A program made the position numbers and the translations under genes. A stretch of DNA of 64,000 bases, taken from IMG/VR virus record IMGVR_UViG_3300005337_000003, positions 1 to 64,000 of that record. One strand, given 5' to 3'. Positions 38,292-48,600 of the stretch are shown here, one piece after another. Within the stretch, counting starts at the first letter, position 1; the number at the start of each line of letters is the position of its first letter. The DNA is from a virus. Below the pieces are notes generated by a model, which made no database searches, was not told where the DNA came from, and saw only the letters and a program-made list of their open reading frames with translations.

Positions 38292-41200
38292 TGTTCTGTT
38301 TTTTATAATTTGATACGTTCAGGTATTGCTGGTAAGCCTGGTTAAGGTTAGCTGTCGTTACCTTTACGTAATCTGAAAAACTGAGCTGATCATCCTGTCC
38401 AAGCTGACTGACATTGATCAACGGCTTGCTTTCTGTCCACCGCCATTGGGTGATCAGGTTACCGTTATCGTCTTGAACATAAGTAGGAGAATAGGTCTTC
38501 ATGACAAATCCATTGCCTGCATTTTCTATTACTGCCTTTCCCTTGTAACCAAGATCAATGGTAGTGGAGGCGTTGGGCTGATTCATATACACAGAGGCCG
38601 GAGGACGTGTAAGCTTCTGCGCCAGGGGCACCACCGCCGGATTATCAGCGGACGTCACTACCCGCACAGTCCTATCTTCCAGTGTTACTTCATCGGATTT
38701 TTTCAAACCTTTGAACTTACGATAAGCATCCTCTGATATGGTAAAGTCAGTTGCAATTCTGGGCTCAACCATCTGGCCAGGCAATTGCACATTCTCACCA
38801 TATACATTACGTTCTCCCGTCTGAATAGCGTAATCAATGCTGGAAGAAGAGGCTAAGGCGTCTGCATCAAACCATTGTGGTATGTTGTGTACCTGCATGT
38901 CTACCTTCACTCCCTTAGTGCCTATGTTGTCCCTGATCAGATCGAATAGTTCAGCCTTTTCTGGAGCCGTCTGGGGTGTAGCTGGTAGTTCCCGGTTGGT
39001 AGAGAATATAAATGCCAGGGTTTTGTTTTCCGGATTTTCCGAGAGGCTGTTCAGGGTTTTTTTGATCATCTGGTAATCCGGATGTAGGGGGGCAGATGCA
39101 TCCCCAGACAGCGATACCGATGTTTTTGCGTTTTGAGCTCCGCCGGCTCCTGAAGCACCTACCGGATTGTTTATAGACGAAAGCTGGGTATTGATCTGCT
39201 TGCTAAAGCGGGCGTAATTCTCATCAAATGCTTTCGTGATTGCGGTTGTGTTAGGCGTATATCCTGTACTTATTTGCCTGGCTACTTCGCGGTCATAATA
39301 ACGTTGGTAGGCTTCTGTGGGAGGCAATAACCTGCCGTTATCCACCATAGAGTACAATACGCCACCAGTCAGATCATTCGGCGATACACCTGCACGGACC
39401 CTGCGGAAAGCCTCATTTACCTGCTTGGTATTTATGTCTTGAAGTCCTTTTGCTGCCTGTATATCTAATTGCAGTTGGGCCATTGATGCATCATCCCATC
39501 CATCCTGGTAGATGCGAGATCCTGCATTGTTGTTACGAATATTCATGGCATTGCCTGCGGCATCTCCCACATTCGAGATATTATTAACCACATCCAGAGG
39601 CAATTCCCCATTCAGTAATTTATTATAATCAACCCCAGTACCCTTTAAGATAGCTACGGTGTCAAGGAGAATCTTAACTTTTTTAGCCTGCGCATCCTTA
39701 CCATTCTCTACATCTGCCTGCCTGTAGGCCTTAACCATAGAGCCCAGCATATCTTTAAGAAAGGCATTGGCCCCCACTACAGACCTGTTAACAGCATCTG
39801 TTTCCAATTTTTTATTCTCAATGTAGGTATTCTCAAATGGATAGGAAGATGTATTGGGTGGTAGGGTTTGGGCAGCCTTGGCTTCTTCAGGAGAAAACAA
39901 TCCTGCCTGTTTTAATTTCAGAATATCTTTCTTTTGTATGTTGTCAGGGTCCACACCTATTTTTACCAATTCCTGTGGGTCTATACCCTTTTGGGCTAAA
40001 AAATTACCGATTGATTGTGCATCATATCCTTTCGCTGTATTAGCCTGCATGTCTAGGTTATGCTTATACAATAGCGTCTCCAGTTCGTATTGGTGGTCCT
40101 GGGCTTTGAGCCTGGAGGCATTGGAGTAGGATAATTTGCTATTAAATGCGGCCAGAGAATAAGGATCAGCTTTTAGTTCCTGTTTTGCGGTCCCCATTGC
40201 GTACGTATAAGCAGCCCGGCCTAGATCCTCCTGCATAAACATACCAGCCATAATTTGTTGAGCTCTGGCCTTTAGTCCCTGAGCGTTGTCAATATTAGGA
40301 GCGGTGCGTATCAGATTCTGTTGCCGCTGGTGTACTGTCTCTGCATTCTTAGAGTGATCAATAAGGGCCATAAGCCGATCGTAATCATTTGTAGTTCCGT
40401 CACCTTCCGCTATCTTACCCTGCTTATCGGCCAGCTCAATAGCAGCTGTTTCAGTACTCAGCCTTTCCATCATCTGATCGTAAGCTGCCTTGGATCTGTT
40501 GGCAGAAATCACAGCCGGGGCAATAAAAGTATTCACATACTGGCTCTCAGCTGTATTCCGATCGACGCCGTGGGTTGCCATATACTGATCTATAAATTCA
40601 TTCTGGTGTACATACGCCCGCGTCTGGTACATAGCCTGCACTGCAGAGTCGTTACCAAACATACCTAAAAGAAATTGAGGCAACACGCCTCCACCTTCTT
40701 TATCATACAGCAACGTACCGTTGGTATTGGTAACGATATAGCCGTCTTTAATGTAATCCATCGATACATTAAAACCAGCTTTTTTCATCGCCTCCATTGA
40801 TTTCCCGAACACATCCTGGTCTGGCACATAGTCAGGTCCTCGCATACCCAGTGATTGCTCTGGGGAAGCTTCTTGGAATTCCCGGGCTCTGTAGCCCAGT
40901 GCCTTTAAACCGGCCTCTGAAAACTTACCCCCACACTTGTCCGGATCTGTGCAGTATCGGTATTGATCTGCATTCTTATAGGAATTTTGTAGCTTCTTGG
41001 TAAAGGCAATGTCATTGATAAGGTATTTATCCTTCAATATAGGTTCGAACAGCTTCTGGGCGGCAGATACATTCTGATCGATAGAAAGATCGGTGGTGGC
41101 TATTCGCTTCCGCTCTGAGTCGATAGTCTTAAAGTAGTCCTCTCGCCTTTGGATATTATCCTCCCGGGTAAGAGGGGAATTAAATGTGCTGGTGTATAGT

Positions 41201-41331
41201 GAGTTGATCCTCTGCAGTCCTTGGTTATATTGCTGTTGCTTTACACCCAAGATATTACTGTAATAATTAAAATCAGGCTGGAACGGTTGAAACTGTGTGA
41301 CCGTATCGCCTATGCCGAGATAATCCGCCAT
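38266..41331 (-). CDS. Virion cargo-type protein (1021 aa)
   Basis: Long ORF in the cargo block; QPFQPDFNYY N-terminus. Confidence 0.75.
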   Translation of the reverse strand: MADYLGIGDTVTQFQPFQPDFNYYSNILGVKQQQYNQGLQRINSLYTSTFNSPLTREDNIQRREDYFKTIDSERKRIATTDLSIDQNVSAAQKLFEPILKDKYLINDIAFTKKLQNSYKNADQYRYCTDPDKCGGKFSEAGLKALGYRAREFQEASPEQSLGMRGPDYVPDQDVFGKSMEAMKKAGFNVSMDYIKDGYIVTNTNGTLLYDKEGGGVLPQFLLGMFGNDSAVQAMYQTRAYVHQNEFIDQYMATHGVDRNTAESQYVNTFIAPAVISANRSKAAYDQMMERLSTETAAIELADKQGKIAEGDGTTNDYDRLMALIDHSKNAETVHQRQQNLIRTAPNIDNAQGLKARAQQIMAGMFMQEDLGRAAYTYAMGTAKQELKADPYSLAAFNSKLSYSNASRLKAQDHQYELETLLYKHNLDMQANTAKGYDAQSIGNFLAQKGIDPQELVKIGVDPDNIQKKDILKLKQAGLFSPEEAKAAQTLPPNTSSYPFENTYIENKKLETDAVNRSVVGANAFLKDMLGSMVKAYRQADVENGKDAQAKKVKILLDTVAILKGTGVDYNKLLNGELPLDVVNNISNVGDAAGNAMNIRNNNAGSRIYQDGWDDASMAQLQLDIQAAKGLQDINTKQVNEAFRRVRAGVSPNDLTGGVLYSMVDNGRLLPPTEAYQRYYDREVARQISTGYTPNTTAITKAFDENYARFSKQINTQLSSINNPVGASGAGGAQNAKTSVSLSGDASAPLHPDYQMIKKTLNSLSENPENKTLAFIFSTNRELPATPQTAPEKAELFDLIRDNIGTKGVKVDMQVHNIPQWFDADALASSSSIDYAIQTGERNVYGENVQLPGQMVEPRIATDFTISEDAYRKFKGLKKSDEVTLEDRTVRVVTSADNPAVVPLAQKLTRPPASVYMNQPNASTTIDLGYKGKAVIENAGNGFVMKTYSPTYVQDDNGNLITQWRWTESKPLINVSQLGQDDQLSFSDYVKVTTANLNQAYQQYLNVSNYKKQNNATGPKTR

Positions 41332-41397
41332 TTTTGGAATTGTGTGAGTATTTTACAAAACTAATTAAATAGTATTTCAGTACCAATTCCTATACAA

Positions 41398-41416
41398 CTT
41401 TACTTTTTTAGTAAAG
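41398..41416. promoter_or_regulatory. Palindromic element CTTTAC-N7-GTAAAG upstream of the 1021-aa gene
   Basis: Intergenic; 41398-41415 is the exact reverse complement of 59852-59869. Confidence 0.5.
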
Positions 41417-41418
41417 TA

Positions 41419-43329
41419 CTAAAGTTTTACACCCATATTGGCCAGATAAGCTTTCATAAGCATAGCTGCATGTTCCGGATTCTTCTGCAGGTTAGGGTTC
41501 TTCATCAGTTCGTTATAATAATCCTGGGCATTCTCATTAACATCAGGAACGGTGCCCATCTCTCCCGGCACTCCAGTGAAATGAACATAGCCTGTACGGG
41601 AATCCACGTTATACTGCTTGTTGATGGAGTTGAGCCCCTGGGTTTGACCTCTGTTAGTCCATGCTTGATTAAAAGCATCCCGAATGTTCCTGCGGGCCAT
41701 TGCACGGGAATTGTCAAAAGTCTGGTTAGCCCTCACTGTGTTGTCGTACAGGTTAGTCGCCTGGGCAGCCCGAGTGCGGCTGGCCTCATTAAGAATAGCG
41801 CTGTTCTGCGCCTGGGTCTGGTTGGCTACCCCCACATTGAGATTGTTGTAGCGGCCCATGATATCAGCCGCATTGCTCAATGCCTGTCCAGACACCTGAG
41901 AAGCGCGGGAACTTAACGATTGGGGATCTGCAAAGGCTCCCAGAACCGACATAGTGGCATTAGACTGTTCATTATTACTTGCCAGCTCCCGGGTAGGGTC
42001 ATAATAAGTAGGAGTATTGGTGAAGGTTTCAAATCCTGCCTGCCAGGGAAGATACTTATTAATGTGGGAATAATCACTGGCAGCACCGGCCAGGTTAACT
42101 ATGTCCTGGGTCCAGAATGGGGTATCTGAAGGCGCAGTAGCCGGGGCTCCCCTTTGCGGGATCTGAATCACAGGAGCAGCTGCGGGGGATGTTTGGTTCT
42201 GCGGGGTTACTTCAACCTCATCCAGTTGCACCTCCATAGGATCTCTAAAACCCATAGCGTAGGCAGTATGCGCTCCCCACTGACTATCAATATCATTCAC
42301 AGTCTTATTTTTGCCTTGTGGTACAAAATACGGTGTATATCCGCGCTTAATAGATTCATTACGATGCCAGGTCTGAAAGTCTTTAACATCTGCCGGATTA
42401 TGGGGATCAAAGTCGGGATTCTGCTTAAGGTAGTCTTTGGCAAAGCGCTGCTTGAAGTCTTCAAGGACTTGCGGACTATCTAAATTCTCATAACCGAACA
42501 CATTGGTTTTACCTCTGATTTGGCCTTGCTTGACAGGAACTTGTCCTTTGTCTGCACCATACGCTGTAGGGTAAGTATATTTGGTAGGGTCGAAAAATTC
42601 ATCCCCTGTCTCAAAGCCAGGCCTTAAGTAGAATTTAGCACTGGCCGCATTGCTTGACTTTTTTTCTTTTCCCTTCTGGGCTTTAGGCAGGGCGGCAATC
42701 TTGATCTTCATCTTCACAGCTCCTCCTCTTTTCATTTCCGAAACTGAAGGTACAGCTGGCTGCTCAGGGTTAACACCGTCAACAATGCTCGACACATCAA
42801 TACCCATATCAGTAAGGTAAGGAACAGCCACCATGGGAATACCGTCAGGGAACCCCTTCATGGATTCCTGGACAAGTGATAATTTACCCAGCTTATGGTT
42901 CATATTCTGCATCATGGTCTTAGCAGTCTTTTTCTGCAAAGCATCCGAGTTTTTGTCCTGGAAGATAGCCTTGAATTTGTTCAGGTCGTATTGTTTGGCA
43001 AGTTCGGCCATGGTGTACCCGGAGGCTTTAGCTTTTTTACCAAAACTGGTCTGCAGGTTTTCATCGGCTAACTTAAGTGTCTTGTCCTTTGAAAAAAAGA
43101 ACGAGTTATCAGGGACGTTAAGCGGCGTTCCACCCTGACTATGGGGTTTGCCTCCAATGTTATATAGCTCAGGTATGCCGTCGAATGACATGGGCCCAAG
43201 CAGGATTTCCGAACGCTCGGCTTCAATGTTTGCAGCATGTTTGTCCTTACCCTTCAGCGGCTGAATTGTTTTTTTAGGCTTTGGGTTTTTGTCCTCTTCC
43301 GGTACAGTTATAATCTTGATCTTGCTCAT
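41419..43329 (-). CDS. Virion cargo-type protein (636 aa)
   Basis: IEAERSE...GGKPHSQGG N-terminal motif; Gln/Asn/Ala-rich C-terminal half. Confidence 0.75.
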   Translation of the reverse strand: MSKIKIITVPEEDKNPKPKKTIQPLKGKDKHAANIEAERSEILLGPMSFDGIPELYNIGGKPHSQGGTPLNVPDNSFFFSKDKTLKLADENLQTSFGKKAKASGYTMAELAKQYDLNKFKAIFQDKNSDALQKKTAKTMMQNMNHKLGKLSLVQESMKGFPDGIPMVAVPYLTDMGIDVSSIVDGVNPEQPAVPSVSEMKRGGAVKMKIKIAALPKAQKGKEKKSSNAASAKFYLRPGFETGDEFFDPTKYTYPTAYGADKGQVPVKQGQIRGKTNVFGYENLDSPQVLEDFKQRFAKDYLKQNPDFDPHNPADVKDFQTWHRNESIKRGYTPYFVPQGKNKTVNDIDSQWGAHTAYAMGFRDPMEVQLDEVEVTPQNQTSPAAAPVIQIPQRGAPATAPSDTPFWTQDIVNLAGAASDYSHINKYLPWQAGFETFTNTPTYYDPTRELASNNEQSNATMSVLGAFADPQSLSSRASQVSGQALSNAADIMGRYNNLNVGVANQTQAQNSAILNEASRTRAAQATNLYDNTVRANQTFDNSRAMARRNIRDAFNQAWTNRGQTQGLNSINKQYNVDSRTGYVHFTGVPGEMGTVPDVNENAQDYYNELMKNPNLQKNPEHAAMLMKAYLANMGVKL

Positions 43330-45596
43330 GTGAACTGTATTTTGTATCCCTGTTTGATAAGTGAAAGTAATTCATCGTGGTCCACGTCGTAACTACCGCC
43401 TGCCTTATAGCAATTCTTAGTTCCTCCCATCCTGTAAACTTTGGAGGTCATTTGATCCGGCCTGAAAAATCCCTGATTAGGATCGTAGTCGCCCCGGCTT
43501 CCATACGATGTAGGGGCGGAATTTTCTATAGTCTGCTGCTGTTTTAGCTTCTGCTCTTGGCGGAACGAATCCGCCTGGCTTCCAGCCATGTTAATCAGGT
43601 TAAGTATAGCGCTGGGGATCTGAGAAGCTACATTTCCATCCATGCCGACAATTCCTTGCTGCATTGGTGGGGAGCTGGTTGAAGCTCCTGGTCTGAGTAC
43701 ATTTCCGAATGACATGCCGGCATTGCCTTGAACAGGCACAAACTGCTTCATAGCCGTTGAGTTTAATCCAGGAGACTGAGGCGGCGGCTGCTTAAGGCCC
43801 TGGTTGCCCCAGGCGCCGAATGGTCCGTTATAATAACCCGGCTGAGACGGAGACCCTAACGGATGCTGAGGCGCAGAGATCTGTTGGCCATCTCCTCCTC
43901 CCGACATGTCGGATGTATCAATACCCATACTCTGTAAAAAGAAAGGGTCATCTATAGCGAACTCCCCCCCATCCTGAAACATATTGATGTCATTTCGATA
44001 CATATTAGTTTTCAAATTGCCGGACAGGTAATTAATGAAGTCTGCATTCAATTGTTTACGATAACCATCGCTGCTAACTCCTTGTAGGTTTTTACCTGTA
44101 GTATATGGTATTTTAAACTTTACATCTCCGCCAAACTGTTTGGCGAAGTTCCTGGCAAAATTTGCCTTCTTAACCATCTTTGGAGTAAACTTCTCCTTAT
44201 TGGCTAGTACGTGGCTGGCAAATTCCTGAACCCCCATTTTATGTTTACTGGCCGCTGCGGTAAAGGTTCCTTTCTTGGCGGGATCCAGATGAATGCCTCC
44301 GTATTTCATAGGCTTTATTTCATTTCCCTGGGAGTCGTAAGTGATCACTCTGCCATCATCATATTGATAGGTAGTGGAATTCTCACTGAAGTTAATAGCC
44401 TTGCGGCCCGAATTTGGAATGACTAAGCCTTTTTTAGGGGCTTTGAATGTCTCTGGTGCCTTGTACTCTATGAAGGGGTTATAATTAGCGTCTCCGTATT
44501 TTAAACCTGGGTTCTTAAGATTTACATACCCGGTATCAGTAGGGGAATACTCGTTAGGATTATAAAAAGAAGGGTACTTACCAACCGAGAGCAATTCCTG
44601 CGTATTAGTACCTTCCCCGTACTGAGAAGCAGGCTTATACCCTGCCGCTACATTTTGATCATACCACTGTTGAGGTGTCAGCTTCTTAGGAGTTCCTCCC
44701 AATTGGAAAGTACGTCCTCCATATCTCGCATAGCCATTAGGGCTGTATTTCGAATTATCCATAGCAATGTTATTCATCATATAAATAAACTGTTGTTTCT
44801 TATCCTCATCACTACCCTTTAATGAATCAAAAATATCCTTAAAGTGCGAGTTGTTTTTGATCTTGTCAGACTTAAACATTTTATCGTAATGGGACTTATC
44901 GAAGGTTTGAGTTTTTGCATCATAGATCTTCTCTTGGTTCAAAAGGTAACGAATTGGCTGCAACCTGTTCACAAACTCTGTCGGGGAATTATAGTAGCCA
45001 AACTCCAGACCTCCCACAGTCCTATCCGGACGATTAGCAACAGTATTTGAATGTATATTTTTAACGGTAGTAGCTGGAATCCTTTTACCTCCCTCATCTA
45101 GCACATGGCCAAACTCATGCACAGGAATAGTCTCAAATCCTGGAAAACCAGAACCGTGCTGGTACTCATTCTCCAGGTAAACATTCCCGTTCACATGCTC
45201 TCCGGATATCACACCTGGCCTTTTGCCTATAGACTTTTTATAGATAACTTTCGCATTATCAAGATTCTTTAATCTAGCAACCTGTTCTTTTTTAGGGTCT
45301 GTGAACCCCTCTGACTGCAATCGCTCTAAATATTTAGGGGAATTAACGTAAGCTCGTAGCCATTCCCGCTGCTTATTAGTCTCTCCTCCATCCTGTTTCA
45401 AAGGATACTCATTCACATAATCACCACTGAATTCATAATCTTCTCCAGGAAACATCAACTTGACATTACCATTATTATCTACTCCCACAACGGGGTGATC
45501 AACCCCCCTCATAGTGATACTGGAAGATGGGATCCTGAGCGCAGGCTCATTTCTGTCTTTTGAATTTCGCTTATATCCCGTCTTACTGACTTTCAT
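43326..45596 (-). CDS. Modular cargo-type protein (756 aa) with a zincin-like domain and GG-punctuated modules
   Basis: HEFGH at 45105-45119; eight x-[KQR]-x-GG motifs. Confidence 0.75.
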   Translation of the reverse strand: MKVSKTGYKRNSKDRNEPALRIPSSSITMRGVDHPVVGVDNNGNVKLMFPGEDYEFSGDYVNEYPLKQDGGETNKQREWLRAYVNSPKYLERLQSEGFTDPKKEQVARLKNLDNAKVIYKKSIGKRPGVISGEHVNGNVYLENEYQHGSGFPGFETIPVHEFGHVLDEGGKRIPATTVKNIHSNTVANRPDRTVGGLEFGYYNSPTEFVNRLQPIRYLLNQEKIYDAKTQTFDKSHYDKMFKSDKIKNNSHFKDIFDSLKGSDEDKKQQFIYMMNNIAMDNSKYSPNGYARYGGRTFQLGGTPKKLTPQQWYDQNVAAGYKPASQYGEGTNTQELLSVGKYPSFYNPNEYSPTDTGYVNLKNPGLKYGDANYNPFIEYKAPETFKAPKKGLVIPNSGRKAINFSENSTTYQYDDGRVITYDSQGNEIKPMKYGGIHLDPAKKGTFTAAASKHKMGVQEFASHVLANKEKFTPKMVKKANFARNFAKQFGGDVKFKIPYTTGKNLQGVSSDGYRKQLNADFINYLSGNLKTNMYRNDINMFQDGGEFAIDDPFFLQSMGIDTSDMSGGGDGQQISAPQHPLGSPSQPGYYNGPFGAWGNQGLKQPPPQSPGLNSTAMKQFVPVQGNAGMSFGNVLRPGASTSSPPMQQGIVGMDGNVASQIPSAILNLINMAGSQADSFRQEQKLKQQQTIENSAPTSYGSRGDYDPNQGFFRPDQMTSKVYRMGGTKNCYKAGGSYDVDHDELLSLIKQGYKIQFT

Positions 45597-45614
45597 GGTA
45601 TGAAGATACAGATT

Positions 45615-48600
45615 TTATCGGTTAGAATAAAGTGTCTTGTTAACTGCAAAAATCATGACAAAGCGTTTATCTCCACACACTTTACGGCGTAGGAAGACAT
45701 ATCCCAGGTAACCACGAAAAGCTTTTTGCTCTGTCTGATCCTTATTATAATTTATATTAGCATTATTCAGATCCATAATATACCCATTCGGTTCTGTGTT
45801 CCATATAGGCCTGTAGGCTGTAGATACCCTGTTAAGGGTTAAGTCGTAGAACATATTAATCCTGAACTTATTCTCCTTCATCTCATAAAGAACCTTGGTA
45901 TGGTCGGAAGCTACTATCGGATACTGAAGATCGTCCCACGGGGAGTCCGGCGAACTTAAAACCAGTTTTAAAAGTCCTGAACACTGCTCGTTGTTATAAA
46001 CCACTACCTCGTCAAATGTTTCATTTAAAAACATATATCGGTCATAGCAATTATCGGCATATTTATATACCTCCTGGTAGTACTCAAGGCTCTTGGTAAT
46101 ATTAACCACACCTTTATCATCATTCAGATATTCCAGCTCAAATGGATAATCTACACCATAATAATTACAAAATAAATCACACCTATTGTTATGTCGCCAT
46201 ATACCATTACCTTTTATGGTATTAAAGTTTTTAAGCGAAGGCATAACAAGATCCGGATGCCAGTCATTAGCACTTAACCATTTTTTCTCACGTATATCAT
46301 AGCTTATTGTCCACGAAGCTGGTTGGAAGAATTGAGTATCCTCAAGGGTAAAAGTAAATAGCAGCGGGCCTTGCGGTTGGTCATCTCCTGTATCTTCAGC
46401 TGGGTAATAACCAAAAACATTACCGGAAATGTGATTTACGAATTTGAGCTCGACTACGTTTGTAAATTTATAATCTTTTTTGGTAAAATACACAACATGG
46501 TTCTCGCCGTCATATACTGCCTGGTAACCTATGCCTATCACGGGGTTATTCCGGTGTGGAAAATCAGGAAAATCTACCAGTAGATTATAGGGCATATAGA
46601 TGGAAAACCACCACAGTCTTTCAGGCATTATAAGATCTATAAGTCCCCCGGTAATAGTAAATATTCTGAGCTGCTCAGGGCATACCCAATAAATGCCGGA
46701 TGGAGTATTAACGACACTGAGACTCTCCTGAGTAGCTCCCACCTGATAGGATCGATCAGCGTTACTTAGAGACTGGGCCTCTCGACTTAAGAAAGATCCG
46801 CTGCCAATAGTAATAGAAGTGACTGACAACTCTAACTGTTCATTACCCTGGATCATTACCGGGTTATCCGATTTAAATATAACAATGGCACCAGTCGCCC
46901 CTATGGATTTAATAGTAGAAATATTAGATTTAAATTCCCGGTAATCATTGGCCTTAAATATCGTCCAGGCATTTACAACTGATCCATTCTGCTGAGGCAG
47001 TGAGTAAATTACCCTCCTTGGGTGGTAGACATAACAATTCTCAGCGACTATAGGATCATAATAAACAGGCTGACCATAAGACCATGAAACCATATTGACA
47101 AACGACCTGGAAGCACTTAAAGAATAGTCATACTTATAAAAATTATCCGACTTGATCACATCTGGATCAGCCTTAAACATAGCCACTGTATTAGTGTAGG
47201 TCTCCGAATCATAATGTCTTTTCTGTACAGGTTCATCCCAATCTCTATAACCCAGGTTAATCTCAGACTCAACGTAAAAATCACGCACACTGGAAACAAA
47301 CAAATAAAAATAAGCATTCTTCACAATGAAATAAGATTGGGTCTTAGTAGCATCGTTTATGAAAGTGTCGGAAGTGGATGGTTTACGATCCAGGGCCCTA
47401 AAGCCTGTGGGGAGCCAGGGTGAGGCGCTATAGTTATTCAGTTGCGTGTTGCCTGCTTTGCCTCCACCAGTGGTTAATCCTACGATTGAGCCGCCCAGGT
47501 TGTTAGCAATACCCTTAGTCATATCCGATACATCGAATTTTTTAGTATTAGCCCAGTATGAAGGATATTGTAACATACGAGCTTTGAGATAGTCAAACTC
47601 AAATCCGTCAAATTGCTTATACAGCCAGTCATAGAAAAAATACATAGTGTTCTTTTCCGTATACCTGGTTATATATACATCCCCACAAAAGATTACAGGA
47701 GAGGTGAAAGCATCGTTTACGCTAGATATTTCTATGTAGTTTACACAGCCTGTGGGAACCTTCTTAGTGCTGCCGGGTTGTCCATATTGGTTTCGCAGCC
47801 TCTCCTTAAGGGAAGCATACAGGGAGCTGGCAGTAGTGACTACATTATATGTAGTAGGGGAGTAATGGATATCTGAAGCCCCTGAAAACCCAGCCTGAAC
47901 AGTTCCTACAGTCTGCTTTGTATTATCTATGGCCAACGCACTCAGATCGGTAGGTATTGCCATGTCCACAGTCGTCTGAACTGCTACTGTTGAACTGCGA
48001 TAAAAATTGTTTATCCTTTTATTGCCATCAAATTCCTGAAAGGTGGGGCCTAGGTAAACACTACGGTTAATTCGATACCTGAGTGGGTAGGCATTAAAAT
48101 ACTTGTTGTAAAAACAATGCGATATCTGCTGCAGGGCATATTGTTGATATTGCGACATGTGTAATATCGCATCCATCACATTATCTATGCCTTCGCCCCA
48201 GAATTGTACAAACATGGATAAGCCTCCCATGGCGGCGCCCCGCAAGAAACCGCCGATAGATTTGCCTAATCCTCCAACAAGCTGGCTGACTTTTCCCCCG
48301 CCTCCGAATATTCCGTCCAGTACATTGCCCGATGAAATATTGGCTCGTTCCTGTTGCTCTATGGGAGTAACTGTCATATCCCTGGCCTCCACAATGTCAC
48401 CGCTATCTGCCTCCACATTCTCTATAGAGTCGTGGTCGTCTATTTTGCTGGAAAGAGCTCCAAGTATACCTGAAATGCCAATAGCTGTAGCTCCAGCAAC
48501 CGTCAACGCACTAGAGCCCGGTATGATGCTATTAGCTACTGAACTGGATCTGGAGCCTACCAGTTTTGAAACCCCTATGCCTATGCCCACAATAGTGGCT

